In this document: in pieces, positions 16,702 through 25,984 of the stretch
How the letters are laid out: each line of letters begins with the position of its first letter
Numbering within the stretch: the stretch's first letter is position 1
NCBI GenBank assembly: GCA_030646805.1
Contig: JAUSKZ010000001.1
Location: 1 to 36,764, forward strand
DNA: 36,764 nt
Source: Candidatus Daviesbacteria bacterium
GTDB lineage: Bacteria > Patescibacteriota > Microgenomatia > Daviesbacterales > UBA10151
Reading direction: 5' to 3'
The notes under the pieces: generated by a model
Databases searched by the model: none
The model's input: the letters and a program-made list of their open reading frames with translations, nothing else
What the model was told of the DNA's origin: nothing
Translations under genes and position numbers: made by a program

Positions 16702-18036
16702 ATGAAGTATCCATTACCAGATTATGTCAGTATTATTATGAAAAAGTTTAGTCAAGCCGACTTCCAAATCTATATTGTTGGAGGAGCAGTTCGTGATTTA
16801 CTTTTAGGACGAAGTGTTACAGATTGGGATTTTACAACCGACGCCAAACCTGAGGAGATTTTAAAGATTTTTCCGGAAGGATTTTATGACAATAAATTTG
16901 GGACAGTTGGAATTCCATTTGAGGATCAAATATTTGAAGTGACTACTATGCGAAAGGAGGGGATTTACCAAGATCACCGTCATCCAGCTGACGTTTTCTG
17001 GACAGATAAAATTGAGGAGGATTTGAGCAGACGGGATTTTACAATTAACGCCATGGCCTTATCTTTAAGTGGGGAAGTAATTGATTTATTTGGGGGACAG
17101 GAGGATTTAAAAAATAAACTTATCCGGGCAGTCAAAGACCCCACTACCCGCTTCCAAGAAGATGCCCTAAGAATGATCAAAGTTTTTAGATTAGTCAGTC
17201 AATTGGAATTTGAAATAGAAAAAGAAACTTTTGAATCAATCAAGCAAAACAGGCAACTAATAAGCTCGATTTCCTGGGAGCGAATCCGGGATGAGCTTTT
17301 TAAACTTCTTGTTGGCATGAATCCATACATAGGTATTGTTAAACTTAGGGAGGCGGGGATTTTAGCAATTATTTTACCGGAGTTGGAAGTTTGTTTTGGG
17401 ATAAAACAGGAAGGGCCAAAACATGATCGAGTCTATGACGTTGGCGAGCACTCTCTACTCTCTTTAAAGGAAAGTCCCTCTAAAGATCCTTTAGTTCGAC
17501 TTGCTGTTTTAATTCATGATATCGGCAAAGCTGATACTGTAAGAGTCGAAGAAGACGGCAACGTCACTTTTTATAACCACGATGTAGTTGGAGGTCACTT
17601 AGCTTTAAAAATTGCTGATCGTTTCAAACTTTCAAAAACTCAAAAAGATAAATTATTCCGGTTAGTTAGATGGCATCTTTTTACAGTCGATGAAAACCAA
17701 ACAGATTCAGCCATCAGAAGATTTATTACCAATATTGGGGTAGAAAATATCGATGATATGATGGACCTTCGGATTGCGGACCGGTTAGGTGGGGGAACTC
17801 AAAAAGCGGTTTCTTGGAGGATGGAGGAGTTCCAAAGAAAAATTAAACAAGTTTTAACAAAACCTTTCTCAGTTACTGACTTAAAAGTTAACGGACAGGA
17901 TGTTATGAAAATATTAAATATCCCTCCCAGCCGAAAAGTTGGCGAAGTCTTAGATAAATTATTTGAAGAAGTTGTGGAAGACTCTTCAAAGAATAATCGG
18001 GAATACCTTCTTAATAGAATTAAGCAATTAGAATAA
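16702..18036 (+). CDS. cca: CCA tRNA nucleotidyltransferase with HD domain
   Basis: VGGAVRD, DWDFTT, RRDFTINAMA, EDALR, ERIRDEL, HDIGK. Confidence 0.9.
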   Translation: MKYPLPDYVSIIMKKFSQADFQIYIVGGAVRDLLLGRSVTDWDFTTDAKPEEILKIFPEGFYDNKFGTVGIPFEDQIFEVTTMRKEGIYQDHRHPADVFWTDKIEEDLSRRDFTINAMALSLSGEVIDLFGGQEDLKNKLIRAVKDPTTRFQEDALRMIKVFRLVSQLEFEIEKETFESIKQNRQLISSISWERIRDELFKLLVGMNPYIGIVKLREAGILAIILPELEVCFGIKQEGPKHDRVYDVGEHSLLSLKESPSKDPLVRLAVLIHDIGKADTVRVEEDGNVTFYNHDVVGGHLALKIADRFKLSKTQKDKLFRLVRWHLFTVDENQTDSAIRRFITNIGVENIDDMMDLRIADRLGGGTQKAVSWRMEEFQRKIKQVLTKPFSVTDLKVNGQDVMKILNIPPSRKVGEVLDKLFEEVVEDSSKNNREYLLNRIKQLE

Positions 18037-18040
18037 GGAA

Positions 18041-18412
18041 TTAAGCTTTAATATAAATTTTTGAAGCTTTAATTAATCCATTAATTAGTTTATGAACCTC
18101 TAATATCTGTTGTATTAACTCCCTATAAGAAGTTTCATTTACGTAACCCACGTCTTTTGAAACAAGAATTTGATTTTCTAGTTCTGTTGTTGACCCTAGA
18201 GCCATATAATAAAATTGAACTTTTTCTTTATATGATTTTCGGGAAAATCCTTCCGCGATATTACTGGACACAGAAATAGAACAACGCCTCATTTGATCAA
18301 CCAAAGAATATCTTTCTTCAGCAGGAAAAAATTTTGTGCATCTATAAATAGACAAAACTAGTTTATGTGCTCTTTGCCAGGTAATTAAATCCTTAAAAGA
18401 TTGAATCGACAT
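18041..18412 (-). CDS. four helix bundle protein (23S rRNA IVP-like family)
   Basis: SFKDLITWQRA, FPAEERYSLVDQMRRCSISVSSNIAEG, ALGSTTEL. Confidence 0.92.
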   Translation of the reverse strand: MSIQSFKDLITWQRAHKLVLSIYRCTKFFPAEERYSLVDQMRRCSISVSSNIAEGFSRKSYKEKVQFYYMALGSTTELENQILVSKDVGYVNETSYRELIQQILEVHKLINGLIKASKIYIKA

Positions 18413-18451
18413 TTAGATCCTTTATTCTTAATTCTATCCGCTTTATTCTAA

Positions 18452-19339
18452 CTAGTGGCCTAACTTCTCTTCCCACAAAACCAGTAGTGCTGTAGCATTA
18501 AAAATTGAGGAGTAGGTTCCAGAAATAATTCCTACTAGAAGGGCCACCACAAACCATTTAATAGACTCTCCTCCAAAAAGAAGTAAGGCTAAAAGGACGA
18601 AAACTACAGTTAAAGAGGTGCCGAGGGACCGGACCAGAGTTTGGACAATCGAAATATTAGCTACCTCGATAAACCTTTTAGATAAGTGTTTCGGGAGATT
18701 TTCCCGGATCCGATCAAAAACCACAATCGTATCATGAACCGAAAAACCAATAATGGTTAAAAGAGCGCTGACAAATAATATATCAATCTCGACTCCTAAA
18801 TAGTGGCCTAAAATTGAGAAAACTCCCACTACTACTAAAACGTCGTGAAGTAAGGCTAAGACAGCTACAATTCCAAATCTCCACGGAGAGGTGGGTCTCG
18901 GAACCTTCCTAAATGAGAAAGCTAAATATAAAACTATCATTACTGCGGCTAAGATAATGGCTATTACGGCGTTCTTGGTAGTCTCAGAGCCAATCACCGG
19001 TCCAACGCTCTCTACTCTCTCCACAGTTACTTTTCCAAACTTCTCTTCAACCTTTTTTTGTGCCTCAAAAATCTGACCCTCTTCAGAGTGTTTAGCTTTG
19101 ATAATATAGGAATTACTTCCAGACTCCGCAATACTGGAAACACTTAAGCCCGAGTTGGTAATAACTGTTGAAAGTTGATCTTTTTCAATAGTCTTCTCGA
19201 ATTTGTATTCCAATAAAACTCCACCAGAAAAATCAATTCCTAAATTTAAGCCGTATTTAACAAGAGAGATGGTTCCTGGGAGAATAATTAAAAATGAAAT
19301 TATAAAAAATATAAACTTCTTGTTCATCAAAGTATTCAT
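18452..19339 (-). CDS. secF: protein translocase subunit SecF
   Basis: LGIDFSGG, VGPVIG, IIGFSVHDTIVVFDRIRE, GTYSSIF. Confidence 0.96.
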   Translation of the reverse strand: MNTLMNKKFIFFIISFLIILPGTISLVKYGLNLGIDFSGGVLLEYKFEKTIEKDQLSTVITNSGLSVSSIAESGSNSYIIKAKHSEEGQIFEAQKKVEEKFGKVTVERVESVGPVIGSETTKNAVIAIILAAVMIVLYLAFSFRKVPRPTSPWRFGIVAVLALLHDVLVVVGVFSILGHYLGVEIDILFVSALLTIIGFSVHDTIVVFDRIRENLPKHLSKRFIEVANISIVQTLVRSLGTSLTVVFVLLALLLFGGESIKWFVVALLVGIISGTYSSIFNATALLVLWEEKLGH

Positions 19340-19680
19340 TTCAGACTCCCTTTAGCCTCTCTGTGCGCCTCTTCAATATCTTTGTGAAAGTCTTTGATAA
19401 TATCGCTCGCGGCCGTTTTAATCTCTTTTTCAATACCTGAAGATTTGTCATTTAGAAAATTAAGTAGTTCCCGATTTTTAGGATTTTCCTGCATCTTGCG
19501 AATAAAGACACTTTTTTCAGAGTCAGTCAACTTTGATAAAACTAGATTTAAAATCTCGTGGTGAATAATCGAATCTAGTAAAGATGCCAGATGTTTCTTT
19601 TGAGACTCATCAAGGTTAAGTTCATCTAACTTAATAATTACCGATTCTATTTCAATAATATGCGAATAAAAATAACTCAT
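19336..19680 (-). CDS. hypothetical helical protein
   Basis: 114 aa; ATGA overlaps with both neighbours inside the secD-secF cluster. Confidence 0.75.
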   Translation of the reverse strand: MSYFYSHIIEIESVIIKLDELNLDESQKKHLASLLDSIIHHEILNLVLSKLTDSEKSVFIRKMQENPKNRELLNFLNDKSSGIEKEIKTAASDIIKDFHKDIEEAHREAKGSLK

Positions 19681-20546
19681 TTTGGTCCAATTGGTCCAAG
19701 TTGAACAATATCTTCCGGATCATCAATAAAAAAATATAGAACCGGACCCTTTCTTGGTCCAGCCGCTAAACTTAACTCATGCATCACTTCGGGAGAGCCA
19801 CCCAAATGTTTACCCGTCCACTCTCCGGGCCCAGCATCACCAATTACCGTCACCACCCCTTGTCCAGTTTTAGGATTTACTAAAAGCATCTTTCTAAATT
19901 TAGAAAAATCCCGGTATCTTCCAACATTCTCAGCAAACCCTGGAGCTAGAAACGTTTGGACGGCGATATAATACTTTTCTCGAAGTCGATCTTTTTCTCC
20001 AAAGGCCGCCTCAGAAGGGGTAAAGTACCCCCAAGCCCCAAGTCCCGGAGCGATCCCAGCTCCCCCAAACATCGCCCACTCTGTTGCGCTTTCAGCGTGT
20101 TTATTTAAACTGTCTCCCGGATAACGATAAAGATGTTGCTCTCCTCCTATTAAACCATAACTTCTATTTAATCTAATACCTTGGATCTCAGATTCTGTTT
20201 TCAAGTTAAAATTTTCAGATAAAATTTTACTGACATTACCCTCTTCTTCCTGATTTAACTTCCTGACCTCTTTTGGCAATACCCCGTCAAGCTTCTGAGC
20301 AAGCTCAGTGTTAGAATCTGATAGTTTAGTTATGTGGGCGTTATCAACCAAAACTTGATTATGAGTTACCGGCAAGACACTCATCCCGGGGGTTGTTAAA
20401 AGCATTAACCCTCCTAAACCCCCTAGAGTTAGGTGTCTGACCGTATCCCCATGGGTAGTAAGTAACTTCTCAGAAACCGCCCGGTGCTTCCCCAGCCATT
20501 TTTTTCTTAAAAACTCATAGTGAGGGTGTCGACTTTTAAATTTCAT
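19677..20546 (-). CDS. membrane-anchored protein, possible RlpA-like/DPBB C-terminal domain
   Basis: ATG at 20546 just after the secD stop; hydrophobic segment; LLVNPKTGQGVVTVIGDAGP...LGGSPEVM resembles the DPBB D-x-GP motif. Confidence 0.65.
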   Translation of the reverse strand: MKFKSRHPHYEFLRKKWLGKHRAVSEKLLTTHGDTVRHLTLGGLGGLMLLTTPGMSVLPVTHNQVLVDNAHITKLSDSNTELAQKLDGVLPKEVRKLNQEEEGNVSKILSENFNLKTESEIQGIRLNRSYGLIGGEQHLYRYPGDSLNKHAESATEWAMFGGAGIAPGLGAWGYFTPSEAAFGEKDRLREKYYIAVQTFLAPGFAENVGRYRDFSKFRKMLLVNPKTGQGVVTVIGDAGPGEWTGKHLGGSPEVMHELSLAAGPRKGPVLYFFIDDPEDIVQLGPIGPK

Positions 20547-20547
20547 C

Positions 20548-21849
20548 TTAATTTTTAAAACGCGGCAGCATTCTGAGCAAGTTTCGGCTGACAATTATGG
20601 CTGAAAACATCGAGACCAAGATTCCTATCGTTAAAGTTAAAGCAAAACCGCGAACCACACTTGTTCCGAATAAATATAAAATGAAGGCGGTGATAAGAGA
20701 CGAACTGTTAGAATCTCGGATCGAAGTCCAGGCTCTTCTAAACCCTTGTTCCAAAGCGATGCTACCTTTTTTCCCCAAACGCTCCTCCTCTTTAATTCTT
20801 TCAAAAGTTAAAATATTGGCATCAACCGCCATGCCAATCGATAAAATAACCCCGGCGATCCCAGCTAAAGTTAGGGTTACTGGGGGGATAATAAATAATC
20901 CTGTCCGAAATATTGCTAAAACGAGCAGGGTATAGACAACTAGGGCGATATTGGCAATCAACCCGTATATTCCATAATAGGCAACCATAAAAATCATTAT
21001 CGTCAAAAGCCCAATCCCCCCGGCTAAAAAGCTTTTTTGAACTGATTCAGCACCCAGAGTTGCTCCGATCGATCTTTGTTGTAAAATAGTGATTGGCACG
21101 GGGAGAGCTCCAGCGTTTAGCTGAATGCTTAGGTTTTTGGCTTCCTCAAGACTAAAGTTACCTGAGATTACAGCAGAGCCTGCAACTATCTCAGTTTGGA
21201 CAATTGGTGGTGGCCAAAGTAGTGGCTCCTCATCTAAAAACATCGCCAAGGGCTTGCCAATATTTCTTTTGGTCACTTCAGCAAATTTACTTTTCCCAGC
21301 TTCTGAAAACTCAATTAAAACCTGAGGACCACTTCCTGCTCGAGAAGAATCAAAAGTTACCTGGGTCTTTTTTAAATCTGCCCCAGTCAAGCCGGTGGGT
21401 TTGGTAATGCTTAAGTAATTTATTCTCCCCGATTCCGAAGCTTCGGCCGAAGGAGATGAAAGTAGTTCTCGAAAATCCAGTTGGGCAGTTTTACCAACTA
21501 AATCCACCGCAGCTTGTGTATCTTGAATTCCCGGCATCTCAACCAAGATCCTCCTTTCATCCCCAACTTTTGACGTTTGAACTGTTGCCTCGGAAACTCC
21601 ATAAAAATTAACTCTTCTCTCAATCACCCTCTTGGCTGATTCCAAGGCTTCATCGCGGCTTTCTGGTTCTATTTTATTCATCGTGGCTGCAAGAACGAGT
21701 TCTGTTCCACCTTGTAAATCGAGTCCAAGTTTTAAGGGAAATTTTCCAACCCCTATAATTTCCGGAATCTGAGGGAATTTAGGAACATTAACCCAAACTC
21801 CAAAGAGCGTTAGCATCACTATTAATCCTAAGATTAGTCTTGGTTGCAT
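20548..21849 (-). CDS. secD: protein translocase subunit SecD
   Basis: LGLDLQGG, LNAGALPVP, IGATLG, IGMAVDANILTFERIKEE, VRGFALTL. Confidence 0.96.
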   Translation of the reverse strand: MQPRLILGLIVMLTLFGVWVNVPKFPQIPEIIGVGKFPLKLGLDLQGGTELVLAATMNKIEPESRDEALESAKRVIERRVNFYGVSEATVQTSKVGDERRILVEMPGIQDTQAAVDLVGKTAQLDFRELLSSPSAEASESGRINYLSITKPTGLTGADLKKTQVTFDSSRAGSGPQVLIEFSEAGKSKFAEVTKRNIGKPLAMFLDEEPLLWPPPIVQTEIVAGSAVISGNFSLEEAKNLSIQLNAGALPVPITILQQRSIGATLGAESVQKSFLAGGIGLLTIMIFMVAYYGIYGLIANIALVVYTLLVLAIFRTGLFIIPPVTLTLAGIAGVILSIGMAVDANILTFERIKEEERLGKKGSIALEQGFRRAWTSIRDSNSSSLITAFILYLFGTSVVRGFALTLTIGILVSMFSAIIVSRNLLRMLPRFKN

Positions 21850-21873
21850 GAAGATTCTTTTAGATTTAAATAT

Positions 21874-22458
21874 TTAGACGACCAATCCCGAAAGTAGATC
21901 TTCTTCGTCACCCATAATCAGCACTTTAGGTTGGGTCAATACTTTTAAAATAAATGGGTCACGACGTTTAACCCTAAAGTTAAATTCCGACTCATCCATA
22001 AATGAATAGTTAATCTCCGCCTCTCTTCTGGCCTGCTCGTCCGAAATAATCGCTTGAAGTTCGGGCGAGACTATTTGTCCAACCACTAGAATATCAACAT
22101 CATCTGGGGCCGAAGGGTGATTCTTAAGATAGCGCAGAGAAATTAAGGCAAACTTTATTTTACCTAATTTATTTTTATTTTTGACGATCTCTCCGCCAAC
22201 CCCGGTTGACTTGGCAACAAATCCTAAAAGTTCCCGATAATAAACATAATCTTTACGAAAATGGTAAAGCCTGCGGTTGGCTCTCCACTCGGAGGTGACC
22301 ATATTAAACTTTTCCATCCTCAAAAGCTCACGCCTAACGGCGTTAATCTCTTCATCGACTCGACGAACGATCTCACGGACATGTAAAAGTGGTTCTGTGG
22401 TGGTTAAAAGCAACTTTAAAAGTTTAACCCGGACTTTTGATATAAATAACTCTTCCAT
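21874..22458 (-). CDS. winged-HTH protein with nucleotidyltransferase-like C-terminus
   Basis: LFISKVRVKLL..HVREIVR..EINAVRREL (wHTH); DVDILVVG and EINY (minimal NTase-like). Confidence 0.7.
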   Translation of the reverse strand: MEELFISKVRVKLLKLLLTTTEPLLHVREIVRRVDEEINAVRRELLRMEKFNMVTSEWRANRRLYHFRKDYVYYRELLGFVAKSTGVGGEIVKNKNKLGKIKFALISLRYLKNHPSAPDDVDILVVGQIVSPELQAIISDEQARREAEINYSFMDESEFNFRVKRRDPFILKVLTQPKVLIMGDEEDLLSGLVV

Positions 22459-22487
22459 TCGCTCTTCCTTTCTGAGCAGAAATTATC

Positions 22488-23669
22488 TTAGTAATTTACT
22501 TTTGATCCTTCCGGGACAGTTTGGATCCAAAGCTGACCTTTATTAAAGATTATCTCTTTACCTTTACTATCAACAAACTTAGTTCTTTTGGTCCGATCCG
22601 CTTTAATCCATTTGCCTTCGGTAACTTTACCATCCATGAAAATTAAGGCACTACCTTCCCCGATAGTTTTATAAATTAGATGAACATTATTTTCGTAACC
22701 GTCGTTGGCTCTTGACTCTCTTTGAAATTGAACAACGATATTTTTAGATGATAGTTGTTGGTTGGTATTTAAATCAGCGTGTGCTACTCCACCGTTATCG
22801 CGTTTATAACAATTGCATCCGCCATCATAATACCAACTGACACTGTAGCTCGTATGACCTTGCCAAAAGTCAACGTCAATTTTGGTCGCTTGAGCCAAGT
22901 TATTATCTTTGGAAGGAGCATCTTCTTTAAATTTCCAAGGTACAAAGGCGTTATTCCAACTTACTCCCTTAAGATCTTTGGCCGTCCAACCCTTTTTTTC
23001 TCCAACCGCCCAAAGTTTTTGGGTAGTTGAATACATAGTATGCTCGGTAGCCACTGCCCGACCTAATCTTTGATAATCTCTCCAATAGGTTGGGAAACCA
23101 ATCCCGAATTGGTTTAAGGATTTAATTCCATACTTAATAATTTGACCGAGTGCATCAGCCGGACCTGAGGTATTAGCACCACCAACGTGGGCGTATAGCG
23201 GATCATACTCCGAGGCCCAGTCTAAAAAGTAAGTCCTAGCTGACCTAACAGGTCCAACTTGAACATCACCTAAATTACAATAATAAACTGCCATAAAGCG
23301 GGTTATGCCACCTTCTGCCACCGCCTCATAAACTATATCTGCTGAAGAAAGACCCGATTGTGGCCGGGATTCTTCGTGATTTTCAATCATCACTGCCAAG
23401 GGGCGTCTTTGAGTCCAGTTTTCCTTGGCCCTTTTGGTGTGGAGCGCCCCATTTAGCGGACACTCTTCGGTTCGAGGTTCTTTGGGATCTTCAGTGATCA
23501 CCGAGGCTGGACCAGGCAGGGCACTAGTTAAGGAGGTAGCACTTTGACCAAGACTGGTGTTTGAGAAAAGGGAATAAGATCCTCCGGCCGAAACCACAAA
23601 GATAACGACTGCCAGAAGTGTTAATACTAGGCTTTTTTGGACGGTAGTTAAATCGTTTAGAAAATTCAT
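22488..23669 (-). CDS. DUF3048 domain membrane-anchored protein
   Basis: RPLAVMIEN, RPQSGLSSADIVYE, EGGITRF, GPVRSAR, HVGG. Confidence 0.9.
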   Translation of the reverse strand: MNFLNDLTTVQKSLVLTLLAVVIFVVSAGGSYSLFSNTSLGQSATSLTSALPGPASVITEDPKEPRTEECPLNGALHTKRAKENWTQRRPLAVMIENHEESRPQSGLSSADIVYEAVAEGGITRFMAVYYCNLGDVQVGPVRSARTYFLDWASEYDPLYAHVGGANTSGPADALGQIIKYGIKSLNQFGIGFPTYWRDYQRLGRAVATEHTMYSTTQKLWAVGEKKGWTAKDLKGVSWNNAFVPWKFKEDAPSKDNNLAQATKIDVDFWQGHTSYSVSWYYDGGCNCYKRDNGGVAHADLNTNQQLSSKNIVVQFQRESRANDGYENNVHLIYKTIGEGSALIFMDGKVTEGKWIKADRTKRTKFVDSKGKEIIFNKGQLWIQTVPEGSKVNY

Positions 23670-23673
23670 TTTA

Positions 23674-24117
23674 TTATTTAGTAGCTTCTACAATAACATC
23701 TTTTTCTTCTTGCGAAAAGTCGATATCTGTATGTTTCCCTTTTTTAACAGATTTTGCAAAAACCCGCGTCCCAGCCCGAGAGTGAAGACTTGTTACAACA
23801 AGACCATCCCCCAAACCATCTAGTAAAGCTAAGCTGAAACTCTGACTACCTCCGGTATCTTGATATGGGTTATAGCGCTTCAGGGCAAACCGTTGCAAGG
23901 CCTTTAGTCTTTGTTCGTCTTGCTTTCTCATTCTTTCAAGTTCCTTTTCCAGCTTAGAAAAGTATCCCGCGAGAGACTGCTCACGACCTTCAGAGCTTGG
24001 AAATAGTCTAGAAATCAGCAGATTATATTTCCAAAACCAAACAGTTAATACTCCAACCCAGACAAAAGTAACAATACCCAAAAACTTCAGAATCGTCCCT
24101 GTCGTATCTGGATACAT
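23674..24117 (-). CDS. DUF4446 family protein
   Basis: N-terminal TM; RYNPYQDTGGSQSFSLALLD, SLHSR..TRVFAK, SQEE. Confidence 0.88.
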   Translation of the reverse strand: MYPDTTGTILKFLGIVTFVWVGVLTVWFWKYNLLISRLFPSSEGREQSLAGYFSKLEKELERMRKQDEQRLKALQRFALKRYNPYQDTGGSQSFSLALLDGLGDGLVVTSLHSRAGTRVFAKSVKKGKHTDIDFSQEEKDVIVEATK

Positions 24118-24262
24118 ATGTTACTCCATTTACTATACCTATCCACTCTAAATTTGTCAATTCAAGAAAACAACCGTCAATATAGCAGGTGAGTTGAGGC
24201 TGGAGTAGTATTGACAGGCACAAATATTAGTGTTAGGCTCAAGAAAGTTCTCTACGTTTAAG

Positions 24263-24508
24263 ATGCCTTACAACATTAAAAAAGATACTAACCAAGACAC
24301 TCGGATCCAAGCCCTTAAACTCCAGCTGTATGGAAAAGACAGCCAGGTGTTTAGATACTCGGCTACATCTAAAGCAAGTTCCGCTAAAATCTCGCTAGAC
24401 AGAGCCTATACGGATTATCCTCAAGTTAAACACGATCTCATAAAAATAATATCTTTGGCCGGAATTATTTTTGTATTACAATTTTTACTGTACTTAAAAG
24501 TTGGGTAA
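24263..24508 (+). CDS. hypothetical protein with C-terminal TM helix
   Basis: ATG at 24263 preferred over GTG at 24230; DLIKIISLAGIIFVLQFLLY tail. Confidence 0.65.
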   Translation: MPYNIKKDTNQDTRIQALKLQLYGKDSQVFRYSATSKASSAKISLDRAYTDYPQVKHDLIKIISLAGIIFVLQFLLYLKVG

Positions 24509-24537
24509 GGGAAACCTTTGAGAGGAGGTGAGTGATA

Positions 24538-24681
24538 ATGCAAATGTATTGCGTTAAATGCCGCCAAAAAAGAGATGCCAATAACGTTCAGAATGTTACC
24601 ATGAAAAATGGAAAACCAGCAGTTAAAGGTGTTTGTTCAGTTTGTGGTACCGGAATGTACAAGATCGGTGCACAAGCTTAG
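24538..24681 (+). CDS. small zinc-ribbon protein, DUF5679-like (47 aa)
   Basis: MQMYCVKCRQKRDANNVQNVTMKNGKPAVKGVCSVCGTGMYKIGAQA; two CxxC; SD GAGGAGGTGA; terminator follows. Below the ORF-track cutoff. Confidence 0.9.
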   Translation: MQMYCVKCRQKRDANNVQNVTMKNGKPAVKGVCSVCGTGMYKIGAQA

Positions 24682-24694
24682 TTTCTAAGTTTCT

Positions 24695-24726
24695 AAAAAA
24701 CCCTGGAGATAAATCCAGGGTTTTTT
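24695..24726. terminator. bidirectional intrinsic terminator
   Basis: A6-CCCTGGA-GATAAA-TCCAGGG-T6 between convergent genes. Confidence 0.9.
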
Positions 24727-24749
24727 CTTTTTAAAAATCAAATTTAAAG

Positions 24750-25055
24750 TTACAGGGAGCTAATATCTTGATCTATTTGAATAAAATCTTTACTGGGATC
24801 TTCTAAGGTTACTTCATCTAGTTCGGACTCTAAAGAGGTCGGTGGAGGCTCTACTTTTGAAGCCTCCGGAGGTTCTACGTTCTTCTTTTGAGTATAAAAA
24901 TATACTCCAGCAGCAACTATTATACCAACCAATAAAACCCCCAAAAGGACCAACGGGAGGTGTGATTTTGTAGACGCAACCGGAGCAGGAGTTGGTAGTG
25001 GAGGGGTTGGGATTGGAGTAGGTGTTAATAGATTACTGTCCATCTTTTTCTCCAT
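24750..25055 (-). CDS. hypothetical single-pass membrane protein, Pro/Thr-rich
   Basis: PTPIPTPPLPTP linker, one TM, acidic tail. Confidence 0.75.
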   Translation of the reverse strand: MEKKMDSNLLTPTPIPTPPLPTPAPVASTKSHLPLVLLGVLLVGIIVAAGVYFYTQKKNVEPPEASKVEPPPTSLESELDEVTLEDPSKDFIQIDQDISSL

Positions 25056-25722
25056 GCAATAAATTTACTGCTTGTATGGCTCCCCTGACTGCGTCATGCG
25101 CTGCTTTGACTATTTGATGAGTATTTTTTAGATCAGTCCCTAGCTTATCTCTTACAACCTTAACCTCCGCCCGGACTCCACTTTCACTACTAATACTAAC
25201 TGTATAATCTTTATTGCCTTGCTCCAGCGCAGCTACCCGCGCTTGATCGATGGAGATTTTCGCTTGGGCAATTGCCCCCCTAGCCGAAGACCCATCCTTG
25301 CCTGCCGTTTCTGCCTTATCTACCCTCTCTTCGACTCTTGTTAAGATGCTCTCAACTTTTTCTAAATGCTTAAGCATAGCCTCCGTCCGGTTGGTATTTA
25401 CGGTATTTAACATCTCGTCTACTCTTTCGATAATTTGGGCTTTCTTTTGATCCTTATGAGTTTTAAGTCTGGCTGAAAGAGCACTTTTTAGCTTATCTCT
25501 TTGTAGTTTAATAACTCCTTCCCTTGAGGCGACTTTTTCCTTTCTTTCCAAGGTCTTTGCAGAAACAGAAGCACTTTTTAGTTGGCGATCTTTTAGATTA
25601 CTTGATGGAGTAGCGTTTTCAGCCAAAGTTGCAGCTGGAGCTAGTAAAAATAGAACTAGTATTAGACTGGGCAGAGTAACTCTCACAAGTCTTATCAAAC
25701 CATAATTTGAGACTACTGTCAA
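25033..25722 (-). CDS. secreted coiled-coil/helical-bundle protein
   Basis: Signal peptide ending TLA-E followed by long amphipathic helices; exact start uncertain. Confidence 0.75.
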   Translation of the reverse strand: MTVVSNYGLIRLVRVTLPSLILVLFLLAPAATLAENATPSSNLKDRQLKSASVSAKTLERKEKVASREGVIKLQRDKLKSALSARLKTHKDQKKAQIIERVDEMLNTVNTNRTEAMLKHLEKVESILTRVEERVDKAETAGKDGSSARGAIAQAKISIDQARVAALEQGNKDYTVSISSESGVRAEVKVVRDKLGTDLKNTHQIVKAAHDAVRGAIQAVNLLHGEKDGQ

Positions 25723-25723
25723 C

Positions 25724-25984
25724 TTAAAAACCGAGACTTTTTTCTAAATTATTAAAGTCAGGAGTAAAGTCTCGTGGTTTAACTTTTTGAAGCTCCTCAG
25801 ATAAATTAGAGCTTTGGTTAAATTGTGGTAAGTTAGGCGAAGGAGTCGGTAATTCCTTTGGCGTAACTAAGTTTGCAGCTGATGGATCTTTTATCTCGCT
25901 AGGTTTATTTTGGCTCTTAAAAATCAAAAAGCCAATGAGTATAATACTCACAGAAATAATAATAGCTACTCGTTTAAAACTCAT
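25724..25984 (-). CDS. hypothetical membrane-anchored protein
   Basis: N-terminal TM, Pro-rich linker; overlaps the upstream gene end. Confidence 0.7.
   Translation of the reverse strand: MSFKRVAIIISVSIILIGFLIFKSQNKPSEIKDPSAANLVTPKELPTPSPNLPQFNQSSNLSEELQKVKPRDFTPDFNNLEKSLGF

Noticed and set aside
18041-18412. Diversity-generating retroelement (Avd-like gene)
   Set aside because: No reverse transcriptase and no TR/VR pair with adenine-specific mismatches seen in the window.
21435-21446. CCGAAGCTTCGG palindrome in secD resembling the sod inner element
   Set aside because: Short, encodes a natural low-complexity linker (SAEASE) and has no definable insertion boundaries.
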